Shown piece by piece: positions 1-11,595 of a DNA stretch of 64,000 nt; position 1 is the stretch's first letter; every line of letters begins with the position of its first letter. This stretch comes from Diadema antillarum. Its lineage: Eukaryota. Below the pieces are notes generated by a model. The model saw only the letters and a program-made list of their open reading frames with translations, was not told where the DNA came from and did not search any database. The stretch spans positions 682,001-746,000 of the forward strand of contig NW_027271643.1 in assembly GCF_040938485.1 (NCBI RefSeq). The letters are read 5' to 3'. The translations under genes were made by a program, and so were the position numbers.

Positions 1-411
1 ATATGTGTGGCGATGACTGCTAAACATAGACAAGTATGTGCAGTACCTATTCATATCTGTTGTCAGGTGACAAAATTAAATCATCTCAAAAGGAGTGAGA
101 AAGTGAAGAAAATGAAGGACAATGGCATGAATAATGAGAATGTACAGCAATTTTAAGTGTGTGCTTGTGTGTGAGGCTTACATCTCTTGAGCATTTACAA
201 ACAGACCTTTTACGCTGTCGTGGCAAATTTATTTGGCCTAAGGAATATTGAGATGATTATATTGCTTGCTGCAGGATGTGAGAGTGTGATAGTTAAGGAA
301 GAAATATGCAGCAGGGATAATTGTAAGTAAAAGGAGAGTTTAGCAACCGGCAATAAAATGACAATCGATACTCTGCTGTTCCGAGCAGCGATATATGTTT
401 GTGTGTAAGTA

Positions 412-596
412 CAGTAGGACTCCTGTTATAACGAAGTCCTCAGGACCGGCAATTTTCTTTCGTTATATCGAAATTTCGTTATAACCGAATGAATAAACAA
501 TAAAAATACATAGAGTTGATAATGTTGCAGGCCTGAATTTTACTTTGTTGTAACCAGAATTTCGCTATAACCGTTTTCGTTATAACGGGAGTGCAC

Positions 597-598
<2 letters not shown>
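412..598. mobile_element. Tc1/mariner(pogo/Tigger)-like MITE, TA target duplication
   Basis: Imperfect terminal inverted repeats cagtaggactcctgttataacgaa / ttcgttataacgggagtgcactg, flanked by TA at 410-411 and 599-600; related copies at 890-1071 and ~42739-42884. Confidence 0.75.

Positions 599-599
<1 letters not shown>

Positions 600-646
<47 letters not shown>
600..646. repeat. (TG)n microsatellite
   Basis: Pure TG run. Similar TG/CA runs at ~16259-16330, ~27897-27946 and ~52604-52646. Confidence 0.95.
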
Positions 647-647
<1 letters not shown>

Positions 648-889
648 TGTATGTGAGTGTGTGTGCTTTTATGTACATTGTATGTGTTTGCATATGTGTG
701 TGTTTGCATGTATGTGCACAAGTATGTTTATACACATGCATTTTAAATGAAGAAAGAGTCATATGAAATACAACCCTTTTTCACAAACGGAATGGAATCT
801 GTGACTTATTAGTCCCAAGGGCTACTAAGTCAGCACAAAGAATTTTACATCAAACAGACTCAGTCAGACGCAGTCATGCATATTATTTA

Positions 890-1071
890 CAGTGCACTCC
901 CGTTACAACGAACATGGTTATAACAAAATTCCAGTTACAATGAGAAAAAAAAAAAAAAATTAGGGCCGCAACGTTATCCACTATTGTTCATTTGTTCGGT
1001 TATAACAAAATTTTGATATAACATCAGAAAACTGCCGGTCCTGAGGACTTCATTATGATGGGAGTCCACTG
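890..1071. mobile_element. Second copy of the TA-MITE family, inverted relative to 412-598
   Basis: cagtgcactcccgttacaacgaa ... gggagtccactg flanked by TA; the internal gtcctcaggaccggc motif of the first copy appears reverse-complemented. Confidence 0.75.
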
Positions 1072-1094
1072 TATTATGATTTGTTTTACGTGGC

Positions 1095-1298
1095 CACTAA
1101 GGGAGTAATGAATGCTTGTAAGCAAGCAGCCGTGGGACACCACTGCTTCATGTCTCCCAAAGACCAAAGGTAGCATAAACGAGGATAAAGTGCCTTGCCT
1201 AATGACACAACCGCTGCACCCAGGGGACTCGAACCAGGAATCTTGGATTAATTGTCCGTTGTATTTTTAATTTTTCCACTGAGCCACATCAGGCCCCC
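1095..1298 (-). mobile_element. tRNA-derived SINE
   Basis: Minus strand has an A-box-like TGGCTCAGTGG (1276-1286) and B-box GGTTCGAGTCC (1225-1235), followed by a non-tRNA body (ggcaaggcactttatcc). The 3' boundary is approximate. Confidence 0.65.
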
Positions 1299-1332
1299 AG
1301 CTGTGCACTAATCAGATACTAGTATAGATTAA

Positions 1333-1660
1333 AGGAATGGTTTAATATTGGTTGAGGTGAGGATTCATCTTTTTCCAAGATACTTAGAAACCACGGTATG
1401 AAATGAGAAAGAACATACAAATCTAAGACGCATTCAAAGTTCATTTGATGAAAATCACTTTGAAATGGCCGAGATATTCAAAAACAAAGTAAAACAGATA
1501 ACCTGATAACAAAAAAAGGCAGGTCCCACCTTTTAGTGGGATTGCTTTGTTTTGGATATCTCGGCCATGTCAAAACCAATCTTCACCAAATTAACTTTGA
1601 ATTCTTCTTAGAATTACAATTGTATATGCTCTTTCATGTATTTCATAAGATGATTCTCAT
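1333..1660. mobile_element. TTAA|AGG-terminus (Kolobok-like) non-autonomous DNA element, partial
   Basis: Starts TTAA-AGG; shares blocks (ttttggatatctc.gccat, aaaccaat.ttca.caaat) with 47480-48000, which ends CCT-TTAA. Right boundary approximate. Confidence 0.5.
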
Positions 1661-2600
1661 TATCTCAACAACAACAAGTAATCATTGTCAAAAACGTTGG
1701 AAACCTGAAGCCCCATCTCAACTGAAATTGTACCATCGCTTTAAGCTTGAGGCACCGCACTATGATGCACTCAAAATGGTATGAAGTCGTGTACAAATGT
1801 GATTCATATTCAGTACACTAGTGGCTGCTTCATGCTAAATTGGCGATTGTAACTTATCATGCATGACATGTGCACAAATTTAAAGTGGAATACTTGGTAC
1901 AAAGGTTGCAGTAGTATCATATTCCCCGTACATTCATGAAAAAGGAAAATTGGACTATGCTTCTTTTTTTTTTCATCAGAAATATAAAACAGATTGATTA
2001 TGACTAACGTACCGTACACATTTATACCTTGAAGATGAAACCGAGAAACAGAATGGGGAGGCATCTTAATGTGATGCACTTTTCAAAAACAACAGCAGCG
2101 ACAAAAGCAACAACTGAAATTCAACGATGATGGGGGAAGGGGTTGAGATATAAAATATTCTAAAAATCGAGAGCATGTATTGCATAGAGAGTGGTGACAG
2201 GATGATGATGGAAGAAACTACATACATATATTACTCAATCTGGTCGGGCTAAGTGGAATCAATACACATAAAATCACTGGAGTAGCCTTCACCATGATGA
2301 GTATTCATTTTTAATGAAATGCCGTCACTCAGGGATGAATGACGATCAAACAGCCTAAAAAAGATAATAACAGTGAAAAGTGCAGTGCTCTGTGAAAGCA
2401 AAATGATACCCCCTCCCCCTTGTTTATTGATGGAAGATGAAACTAATGAGTATTTCACGGGATATGAACATGAGTAGGACGCGAGCATCAAATCAGTTTG
2501 GTTGGAGTGAATTTCAAAAAGTCATTTATTTCACAAATTTTAAGTTCTTATAATGACAGACATCATCTTGCAAAGACATTATCGTATTCCCAGGAGACCA

Positions 2601-2634
<34 letters not shown>

Positions 2635-2764
2635 TGATTCATATTGGACTGAAAAAGTGTCTTTTACGATATTTCGATGCACAAATCAACAAATTTGCCA
2701 TTTCAAGTCTTCATTTATCCATACTGTGTCTTACTGAACGTGGACTCCATTATTTCTGTCTCAC

Positions 2765-3219
2765 CGGGAACGCATCCTGGTATGCAGCCGGGGTTCCGGC
2801 TCCTTTGGCAGCACCATCGCCTCCCTCATCATCTTGATCGGCGTCCACGTTTTCTGCACAGGGGCGGATCCAGGAATTCCGTAAAGTGGGAGGGGGGGGG
2901 GGGGGGTGCAAAACAAATTCTGGTACCACTTCCGGTTTCATGTACTGACAAGCAAAAAAAAAAAGGCTTCAGCGCAATTTCTTCAATCGAAAATTAAAGG
3001 GGGCGCAAGTGTCCCTTTCATTTCTTTTGTTTTAAAAAAAGAATTAAAGGAGGACGCGCTCCCAACGCCCCCCCCCCCCCCCCCGGTTTTGCCACTGCTA
3101 CATGTATTTCATTTTTTGTTTTCAAATCACCACTATCACCTTCACTCTTTGATGTGACAGCATCATTGCCATCCTCGCCTTCTTCATAAACTAACCCCCT
3201 CAAAAATCTCAGATCAGTA
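2765..3219 (-). pseudogene. Candidate coding exon (70 codons, acidic/Gly-rich) interrupted by a MITE
   Basis: Acceptor tttctctttcaaatccag| at 3220 and donor CCG|gtgaga at 2764. Removing MITE 2859-3097 plus one 5-bp TSD copy gives an unbroken frame TDLRFLRGLVYEEGEDGNDAVTSKSEGDSGDLKTKNEIHVENVDADQDDEGGDGAAKGAGTPAAYQDAFP. No family recognised. Confidence 0.45.
2859..3097 (+). mobile_element. GC-ended MITE (caggggcggatccagg... family)
   Basis: Left end caggggcggatccaggaattcc, degenerate right end ...gccactg, internal poly-G/poly-C; flanks ctgca / ctaca (5-bp TSD, 1 mismatch). Other copies at 27659-27823, 37397-37559 and 62612-62761. Confidence 0.75.
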
Positions 3220-4364
3220 CTGGATTTGAAAGAGAAATGGAACGTTAAAATGAATTCAGCGAAACAAAATAAATACCGCATATAACCATGCAGCGAATGT
3301 ACAAACGGATACAGATTGTGACTTCATGCCGATGTTCTTAACGTTTCGCAGTGATGCGGAGTAGAACATTTCCATTTTGTTTTTGTTTCCCTTTGTCAAA
3401 AGTTATTGAAAAGGTTATTGAAAAGGAAAAGGTTTAAAAAACTAAGAAACCTTTTAAAAATTTCTTCTTTTTACGTACCGAATTAGTTAAAAGTCAATAA
3501 ATTGTCAGATAATCACGTGCATGATCCTGTATCACAGTGATGCACGTAACTAAGATGTTTTCATGACCAGACATCATTTTGATAATGAATAGTGAGCCTC
3601 CCAGGCATTAGAAACGCGCTCGATCTGCTATTATTATACCAATAAACCACTGGTTTATCATTAACAAAATGAGTGTCGTTTTAAGAAGAAAAATGATGAA
3701 TGATGATGAAAGTTTCTTTCACAGACAATGATTCCTTGACATTTTGTCATCAATCAGTCGATTTCACTTTCTAGTTCATTCTCTTCCTAGCTGAATGGGC
3801 ATCGACTTTAATAACCTAATTTCCTTTTCTTTCATACTGAGTACCTTATGTAGTCGGAGCAACAAGAATCATCTTGGCAGTTGTAACGCATTCACCAGAT
3901 TACGGAGGGGAAATTGATTATTGCCTCTTTTTCTTCATTACTCTGCAATGATGCCGCCAATGACAGCGTCCTTTCAATTACGTACAATCGATCATCGAGC
4001 GTATTGAAAGCTATATGATGCCCCATCATTCACACGGCTCTTTGCCGCAAAAAAAAAAAAAAAAAATACTACTGTGTTGTGACATTATTCCTCCTCCTCC
4101 CCCCAAAACCAAACAAACAACAAACAAACAAAACAAATAATCAGAAGTTTAAGCATTTCACATACTCTCGACAGCAAACAGGGATATGGGCTAAGTAAAA
4201 GTAATATGAGGGCACATGACACAACTCATGCATAACACTGATTTGTCGACCCTAACGTGCATTTAATACAGGAACATTCTCAAAGTATAGGGTAACATTA
4301 TTTTAATCAATATCTATATTGTGATTGCTTTCATATATTATATACAAAGTATAGCACGGGTATA

Positions 4365-4480
4365 ATTTTCATGCCTCCACACGTGACCAGTGACATTATG
4401 TTTTCAGGTCGTCAGTCAGTCCGTTGGTTGGTTGGTCCCACCCAGATGTCGTTATTGCGATCGACCCCACCTGAAGTCCT
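4365..4480 (+). mobile_element. Helentron-associated (HINE/DINE-1-like) element end fragment
   Basis: ttttcatgcctcc...cattatgttttcaggtcgtcagtcagtccg resembles the reverse complement of the 44370-44452 end. Confidence 0.4.
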
Positions 4481-6297
4481 GGAGAAATTATCGTTTTGTC
4501 ATAATTTGAATTGCAATTGCCACCTCTGAATTTCATTGTCTCTTATCATATCTTATATTGGAGTAAGATTAAGTGGAACTCGTAATATTCAATATGCGCA
4601 AAATCCGGAAAAAATGCACAAAATTGCCAATTTTAGAAAAAAAAACGAAACTTTAATCTTTGTTTCTCAATTTATGAATCAAATTTATGAATTAATCGAT
4701 GAAGAGGCTTTTCAAAAAAGTTAATATGAACGAAAAGGTTAAAATGTAAGCTCTTTTTACGATGAACAGTTACAAATTATGATAACAACATTATACAGCA
4801 AGAAACCATAGAGGTGTGGTTTCTGGGACTTAATGTAAATGAGGAAAATGCTCAGTCAATCTCAGTACTTGACCCTGGTCTGGGGCATGAGGTGTACATG
4901 CACTGATATAATTTTGGGCAAAATCCCTCATGGTCAAAGGTCAAATGTCACGGAACTTTGGCTAGGAAATGGTAGCTTTAAGCTGTTTCATCATCTAGGA
5001 ATGTCCACTTAAAAAAATTGGTAGTAAGAAAAGATCAAAAGTCACTGCATCTTTGTCGAAACTTCCATTACTTCAACGAAAAACAAACAAACATCCAGTA
5101 GTGATGTAAGTTGGTGGACAGCTTTGTTTGAAATGGGGGATGGCTGGGTATAACTAGAGCGGATGAAAGAAAAAAATGACTACAAAAGGCATAATAATAT
5201 GATGCACAATAAAACAACTGCAACAGCAACGACAAAAGAATACACTGGAATATGGGATACACTGGAATATGGGATGCACTTAAGATGTTTCAAAGTTGCC
5301 TAGATAGACCTACAGTGTGGAAAAGCGAGTACGTGTATTACAGAGTCGACTTCAAGCTACACAATATCGTGAATATCAAGAATCAATTGAACCAGTCAGG
5401 CTATAAACGTGACACAGTACACACACTCAGCAAGACCCCCGCATTATGATTAATTACGTATAGGCTCTCACTCAGAAATTAATCATGATCTAACGATGTA
5501 ATCAGGCTAATTGTGAATATAATTACATTAGATGGAGAGATGGACAAACGAGTGCAGCGCAGTATTCAGTGAAGGTATAAAGTGATCAGCTTTTAACGTC
5601 TAAAATGGAATTGAAGTAATTATTTCACAGGGCATGAACAAAGAGAGTTACCTTGAATAAAACGCTTAATTGGGACGAATTTCACAACATGTTGGAGCCA
5701 ACAAAGTTTGAGGAACGACATCTCAGATTCTCATCCACAGTATAGGTCCTACGACATTTTCATTGCATGGATACTGTAAATGTTCCTCCCGAAAGTTTTT
5801 TGACGATTGCTTTGGTATCGTCGGTGTTACGCAGCAGCCACAGCGTACTGGACGGATTTCATTGAGATTTTCCATCTAGGGGAAACTCTACTCGCCCATT
5901 GTTTTTAGTGGCAGTGCTCTCATTATTATGACTTTAATCGGCAAAAAAAAAAAAAAAAAGAGAGAGAGAAAGGTGAATTTGGAAGGGATAATATTGTGCG
6001 TGCTCTATAAGCTGCATTACATGCATGGAATTCCTTCAAGTTTTGCTTAAAGATTCATGTGGTAAGGGTACGAAAAGACGTTAATATACGTTTTGGTATA
6101 TAACGATATATAGCGCTGCCCTCATTAATCGGCCCCTGACATCTATTGTGTGCCTTGTTACATTAATTTTGTACGCTCTATACCACATTTGTTGTGCTAG
6201 GCAGCGGCGGCAAAACCATAATTATTAATATGATCATACTGCCCAGTTGGGTGAGCGTGCCCACAGTTGTTCGGTTGAAGGGTTGACTCCAGATTAA

Positions 6298-6655
6298 AGG
6301 CATAATTTACCATTTGCACATGAAACAAAAACTCAGCATTGGTGCTTTAAAATAGTCCTAAAATTTGACTTGGGGATAGAAACAACCACTGTAAAAAATT
6401 GAATCCGTATAATCGATGTTAAGTGTTGTTAAATACAAGAAATAGATAGTAATTATAATGAGAATGTTTCCCCGACTAAACCGTCTACAGTTACGGTTTA
6501 TTGAGAAAACCACTGATATCTCCTTATGTTTTAGGCTTTATTGCAAAAATTTTATATGGTAGGATATTTCGTGACACAACAGACCTACACATGTGCATCA
6601 AATGTGATATCTTGAACATTTTTGAAATCACTGCTCCCGAAGGTAAACAGGACCT
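6298..6655. mobile_element. Kolobok-like non-autonomous element with TTAA TSD
   Basis: TTAA|AGG ... CCT|TTAA; colinear with a second copy at 34788-35162 (shared gaaacaaccactgtaaaaa, cacaacagacctacac, aaatgtgatatcttgaa). Confidence 0.7.
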
Positions 6656-8837
6656 TTAAAGAGTAATGCCATATTAAGTCCTATCTACATGTATCTCAGA
6701 AAGTGATATAGGCCTATATACATATAACCATATTTCGCCGTTGGTTGCATGTTGCATCCCTATCCGCGGATACAATATGCAACGAACCCCGAAATGAAAA
6801 TCATTTCTTAATTGAACAGTGGAAAATCGTGCGTGGAGAACTTCGTGTTTCACGTCATACAGAAGCGACCTTGCTCAATCTGATTGTCTCCTGAGCAGAT
6901 CTATCTTTGTAATCCTCCATCATAATATAGGAATATTTCCTGACAGCCAGTCAATTGACTTGACAGTGACAGTCCAGCCATCTCAGCATACGAGAAGTTA
7001 AATCGTCGGAAGGGAAAAATCATGGTAAGAAATAAATTCTTCACATTGCTTCTCAGAAATAATCTTTTGTGAACATAATACAGCGATTTCAGCATCGCTC
7101 ATTGTTCTTTTTTAGGAATCAAATTTAATGGACGCTAGGTCGAAAGTGACATGACTAGTGGACTAAAGGTAAGTTTATCAGTGAAGTAATAAAGACCAAT
7201 ACAAATGGCTTCCATAATAAATTACGGAAATCCTCATTTGTCGTATTTATCGGTACTTGTTTCGGCCTCTTCTTTTGCAGGCAAATACAAACAACTATCA
7301 ATATTTGTAATTGATATCAGAATTGCCATCTTTAACGTCTTGACATTGTTATTGAAATGTAACCATGTGGCATTTGGATTTTTTGGAAAGAGTAAAATCT
7401 AACAAAACTAGAAGAGATTTCATCTAATTCGGATCAGTAATAATAGATTTATGGAATTCTAACTTTGTCACTTTTCACGTAAAGGAGAGCTCATTTAAAA
7501 CATAATTATTTACAGGACGGTGTGATTACTGGTAATGCTACGACGCAACATTTCCTGACGTCTCTGTACCTTTTTAGGCCAAAATATGGAAAATCATGAT
7601 TCGTACTAGTTGGGATCGAGCTTTTCACCTTGTCATCAATGTGCATAACGCCAATTTTACGCTCATTTTTTCCTGGCCGGGGTTTGGTATGAGTGGAGTG
7701 GTGTCAGTGCAGTTTGTAATAGTACCAAGAAATTTAACATCCACAAGAACCCCCACTCCATACACACCATAAAACAAAACAAAAACAAAACGAAAACGAA
7801 AATAAACTTGTCACGTTTAAATGCACGTGAACCTTGATGAGTCTATCAGATATTTCTTAATAAAAACATGCTGGATGCTTCGAAATGCTTCGAAGCATTG
7901 TCATAATGAACAGGAAGTATCATGACAATTGAAAATAGGACAGCCGCCTCTCCACTGAAGAACGCGTTTTATTGAAGAAGACGTGACCACTTTGAAATCG
8001 TGAGACGCGCAGATTTCTGTTGGAAGCAAAGCGGTCGTCATCACCGACGACTTGTAACTAAAGTGAGGAGGATAGGGTTTGGTGACTTCGACTTTGGCAA
8101 ATTTAGATAATGCGTCTGATGTACACCAGGCTACTGGTATACCTTTAATCCTCGAGATTGTTATTGTTTTCACAGTTTGAGTGGAAGAGGCAATGATTAT
8201 CAAAGGGCAAGCAAGAAGGACCAAAAATTTGTTCGAGAAATTTGTAAGTCTTCTCTTTGAGTTATTAATATATGTATGATATATATAACAAGTCAAATAT
8301 AATTATTTCTATTTTGTTTTTGTTCATCTTGTACATACATGTCTATTAAAGGATGTCAACATACTTGCATGTGAATATAAAGGTTATGGTAATAGGTTGT
8401 ATGTCTGTGCTCTGTGCAACAAAATGTATATCATAAATATGTATACATCTTTTTGTGAATCTGAATGTATGTTTACGTAACTACATGAATAATACATTTC
8501 ACCAGTCACTCATTTGATGTATTTTGTTATCATTTTTATAATAATATGGTTCCCAGGGGTTTTTTCCCTCTACATTAATAGTATCATTATATATACCTTT
8601 TTGCCATGAAATATATCAATTTTATTTGTGTTTATAGTAGCATTAAGTACTTTATGCTATTAATGATTGTCACATCTGTCATTTATCTAAATTAGTAGGC
8701 CTATACTATATTTTTGTCACATTATTTCCATTCCCTAAGCTTGTATGTTATTTGTATGATATAATTACACCATTTTGATTCGATATTATATTCTGTGTAC
8801 ATAGTTTGAAAAAATCATTGGTAATTCAGGGTAATAA

Positions 8838-8993
8838 NNNNNNNNNNNNNNNNNNNNNNNNNNNNNNNNNNNNNNNNNNNNNNNNNNNNNNNNNNNNNNN
8901 NNNNNNNNNNNNNNNNNNNNNNNNNNNNNNNNNNNNNNNNNNNNNNNNNNNNNNNNNNNNNNNNNNNNNNNNNNNNNNNNNNNNNNNNNNNNN
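8838..8993. other. Assembly gap
   Basis: N run. Other gaps at 9592-9769, 16645-16775, 17337-17481 and 44971-45137. Confidence 0.99.
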
Positions 8994-9782
8994 AACCCAA
9001 GCAACACACACGTCTGCCAAGCAGACAATTAAGCTGAGGAACACCTAAGGTCCTTCCCACCCGGAATCGTGCGACATCTATTCTGTTACCTTCATTGTCA
9101 TCCTTCTCGAGATGACAAAAGCGTTTAGTTTTGGTTTGGTTTGTGTTTAAATCATATATAAAGTATATAAACCTATATACATTGTGTGCATGTTATGAAC
9201 TTATTCAGCTAAAGCCAAATTCAAACAATGGATTTTCTTTCAGTTTGACCTCCGACCCTCTTCTCACTCCCTCAGCAGCTCAGAAATGTTCCTGTTCAAT
9301 ACGCTGATTGTGACAGGTGAGATCAGTGACCTTTATAATATTGTTTCGTTTTGGAGGGTAAGGTAGCATTTGCATTCGTTTGTGGATATACTGGGACATT
9401 TGGCTCATTTGGGCTGACGAGAGGGCCTATTTTGGTGGAACTGTGAAATGACTGTCATCTTGGGACAAACAATAACATCATTTATGGATCAGGCCTGGCG
9501 GGGATTTTTTTTCCTCCAAATGACAAGTGACATCAATAATAATGATATAATAATGTAAACAATATTGTCTCTTAAACCTTGTAGATAGAAANNNNNNNNN
9601 NNNNNNNNNNNNNNNNNNNNNNNNNNNNNNNNNNNNNNNNNNNNNNNNNNNNNNNNNNNNNNNNNNNNNNNNNNNNNNNNNNNNNNNNNNNNNNNNNNNN
9701 NNNNNNNNNNNNNNNNNNNNNNNNNNNNNNNNNNNNNNNNNNNNNNNNNNNNNNNNNNNNNNNNNNNNNAGAAGCAACAAAA

Positions 9783-10054
9783 ATGGTATGGCTAAATGGC
9801 GATTGGATTCTTTTGTTGTTTATTTGGGCATGCACAATCAGTGGTATTAAATGCGTCCAACGCCGCCTCGACATCACTCCTCGAACGCCGAAAATCCACT
9901 TCAAATGTCGAAGACGCCAGTGCAAATCGTTGCTCTCCGATCAGAGGGCGCGGAGGAGAGATCATCGCAGAAATGAGTCCCCAACAGTTCTCCCCGGTCT
10001 TCAAAATTCTCGACTCGTATCGGCATACCGTATGTCTCCCTCTAGTGACAGAAG
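9783..10054 (+). CDS. Probable first coding exon (signal-peptide-bearing) of the EGF/FAMeT-domain gene; reading frame ambiguous
   Basis: GC-rich island. Frame from ATG 9783 (MVWLNGDWILLLFIWACTISG...) has a phase-1 donor at 10030 (C|gtatgt); frame from ATG 9796 (MAIGFFCCLFGHAQS...) has a phase-1 donor at 10055 (AAG|gtacga). Confidence 0.45.
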
Positions 10055-10802
10055 GTACGAGTACAGAAGTGCATCGTAAGAGCATGACTTGTGTCGCACA
10101 TATTCGGAAAGGTGTGAGATGTTCTCCCATCTCCCAGATATATTTTGTGGGTTTTTTTTTTCTTGTTTCTTTATCTGCCGACACATAATCGCGATCATGT
10201 TTGTCACATTATTACACTTCAGGCGTACGTTCATTCTTTTTTTTACATTAACTTCAATAATGAAATGTAATACTTTTTTTTTTTCATTTCATTTCATTGA
10301 CTGTTTCTGCACGGTACAAAATGAACAAATTCCTTTTAGGAATCAGCTACACTGATTTTGCACATGAGAGATAAAGGAATCATCGTGATAGAATACAGAA
10401 ACATAGCAATATTAGTTCTCTTGAGTGATAGGAATGATATTATTGTTTATTTACCAATTAAAATGTTGTTTCAGTTCATAAAAGATGTTTTGCATGTATA
10501 TTCACTCCGTCGTATAATCTTCCTTTATTTGTATGTTACTTCATCAGTCTTTAACATGTGAAAGTGTTTGTTTCGTTCAAAAAAAAAATAACAAGACAAT
10601 TTTTGCAAAGAGAAAATCCCTTTTCACAAAACCAAAGGAAGTGTACAGTAATCACTGTCTAACACAATTCGTTCATACTATAACGATGAAAGCCAGAGGA
10701 AGAATGAGGCATCCATCTTTGACGAAAAAATAGAAAAAGAAAAGAAATTAAATTATTGTATTTTCATAAACGGTTCTACTTCATTTCAACTATTTCTCTT
10801 AG

Positions 10803-10838
10803 ACGCTGCAGAGTCACCAACTGAACCTGAAGCTGTAG
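10803..10838 (+). CDS. 36-nt linker micro-exon (AAESPTEPEAV), phase 1-1
   Basis: Acceptor tttctcttag|, donor G|gtaagg; phase matches the neighbouring exons. Confidence 0.6.
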   Translation, partial: TLQSHQLNLKL

Positions 10839-11487
10839 GTAAGGGGAAAAGCATCCTGGTTTGAAATTAAGAAAGAAGATTTCGAAGTCGACACTCTTTC
10901 CCATATTCGCTGTTCAGTTTGCACACGTAATACTGAAAAGGCCCTATGCAAAGTATAGGGATTTAAAAGAAAAATCTCGTGTGAAAAGGGCTTACCGTAC
11001 ATTAGGGTGTGTTATGTTACAAGGCCATAAACTTCCCTTCTTGTATAGTCGAAGAATAATGCCATCAGTATTAGTCTGATTATACGTTCATTTTTATTGT
11101 CAACAATGAAGTAGCTTATATTTATTGCCTGTGTTTATGCAACGAAACATAACTAATAAGCTACATAGCATATTGAGTGATTTACATCCACATGCTTAGT
11201 AAGGATTGAACGTCCAAAACAGCTTTTCCACTGAGATACCAATGTGAAACGCTCGGATCTATGTAGGAAAAAAACCCAACAAACTTCATTTCACTATATT
11301 CTACATCGGAATTCTCTTCTTAGAGGAAATATATTCTTCTCCCTAAAGCCAACTAACTGCTGAAACATTGGTAATAGCCGGTTCCCAGAATAATTGATCC
11401 AAAGCAGTGATAATAATATGTTAATATAGTAATCTGGTCTTTTGTTTTTGTTAACTGGATGAGTCTCCTCTCTGTCCAACTACTTAG

Positions 11488-11595
11488 TACATCAAGGTTG
11501 CACCTTATCCTCTTGCCTCAACGGAGGGGTATGCACAAACACCTCCGGAGAATACACCTGTAGCTGTACGGCTGGGTACTTTGGACCTACTTGCG
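11488..11595 (+). CDS. EGF-like domain exon (phase 1-1)
   Basis: Translates HQGCTLSSCLNGGVCTNTSGEYTCSCTAGYFGPTC, the canonical six-Cys EGF pattern with CxNGGxC and CxCxxGYxGxxC; acceptor cttag|, donor G|gtgagt. Confidence 0.9.

Noticed and set aside
479-762. ORFs rich in HT/CV/Y/L repeats (also 16132-16440, 27648-28099, 36172-36389)
   Set aside because: Translations of microsatellites.
1225-1298. tRNA-like A/B boxes (also 15100-15157)
   Set aside because: No cloverleaf, and they continue into SINE bodies, so not called as tRNA genes.
3845-3895. Minus-strand MRYNCQDDSCCSDYI with a CCxDY (somatomedin-B-like) look and a phase-2 donor that would fit the 3219 acceptor
   Set aside because: Too short, preceded by an in-frame stop with no acceptor, and incomplete Cys pattern; could be chance.
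7901-8296. 131-codon minus-strand ORF
   Set aside because: No recognisable domain or convincing splice sites; it overlaps plus-strand splice signals.
8786-9925. ORFs in the track that span N runs (also at 16.5-17.8 kb and 44.9-45.4 kb)
   Set aside because: Open only because of assembly gaps.
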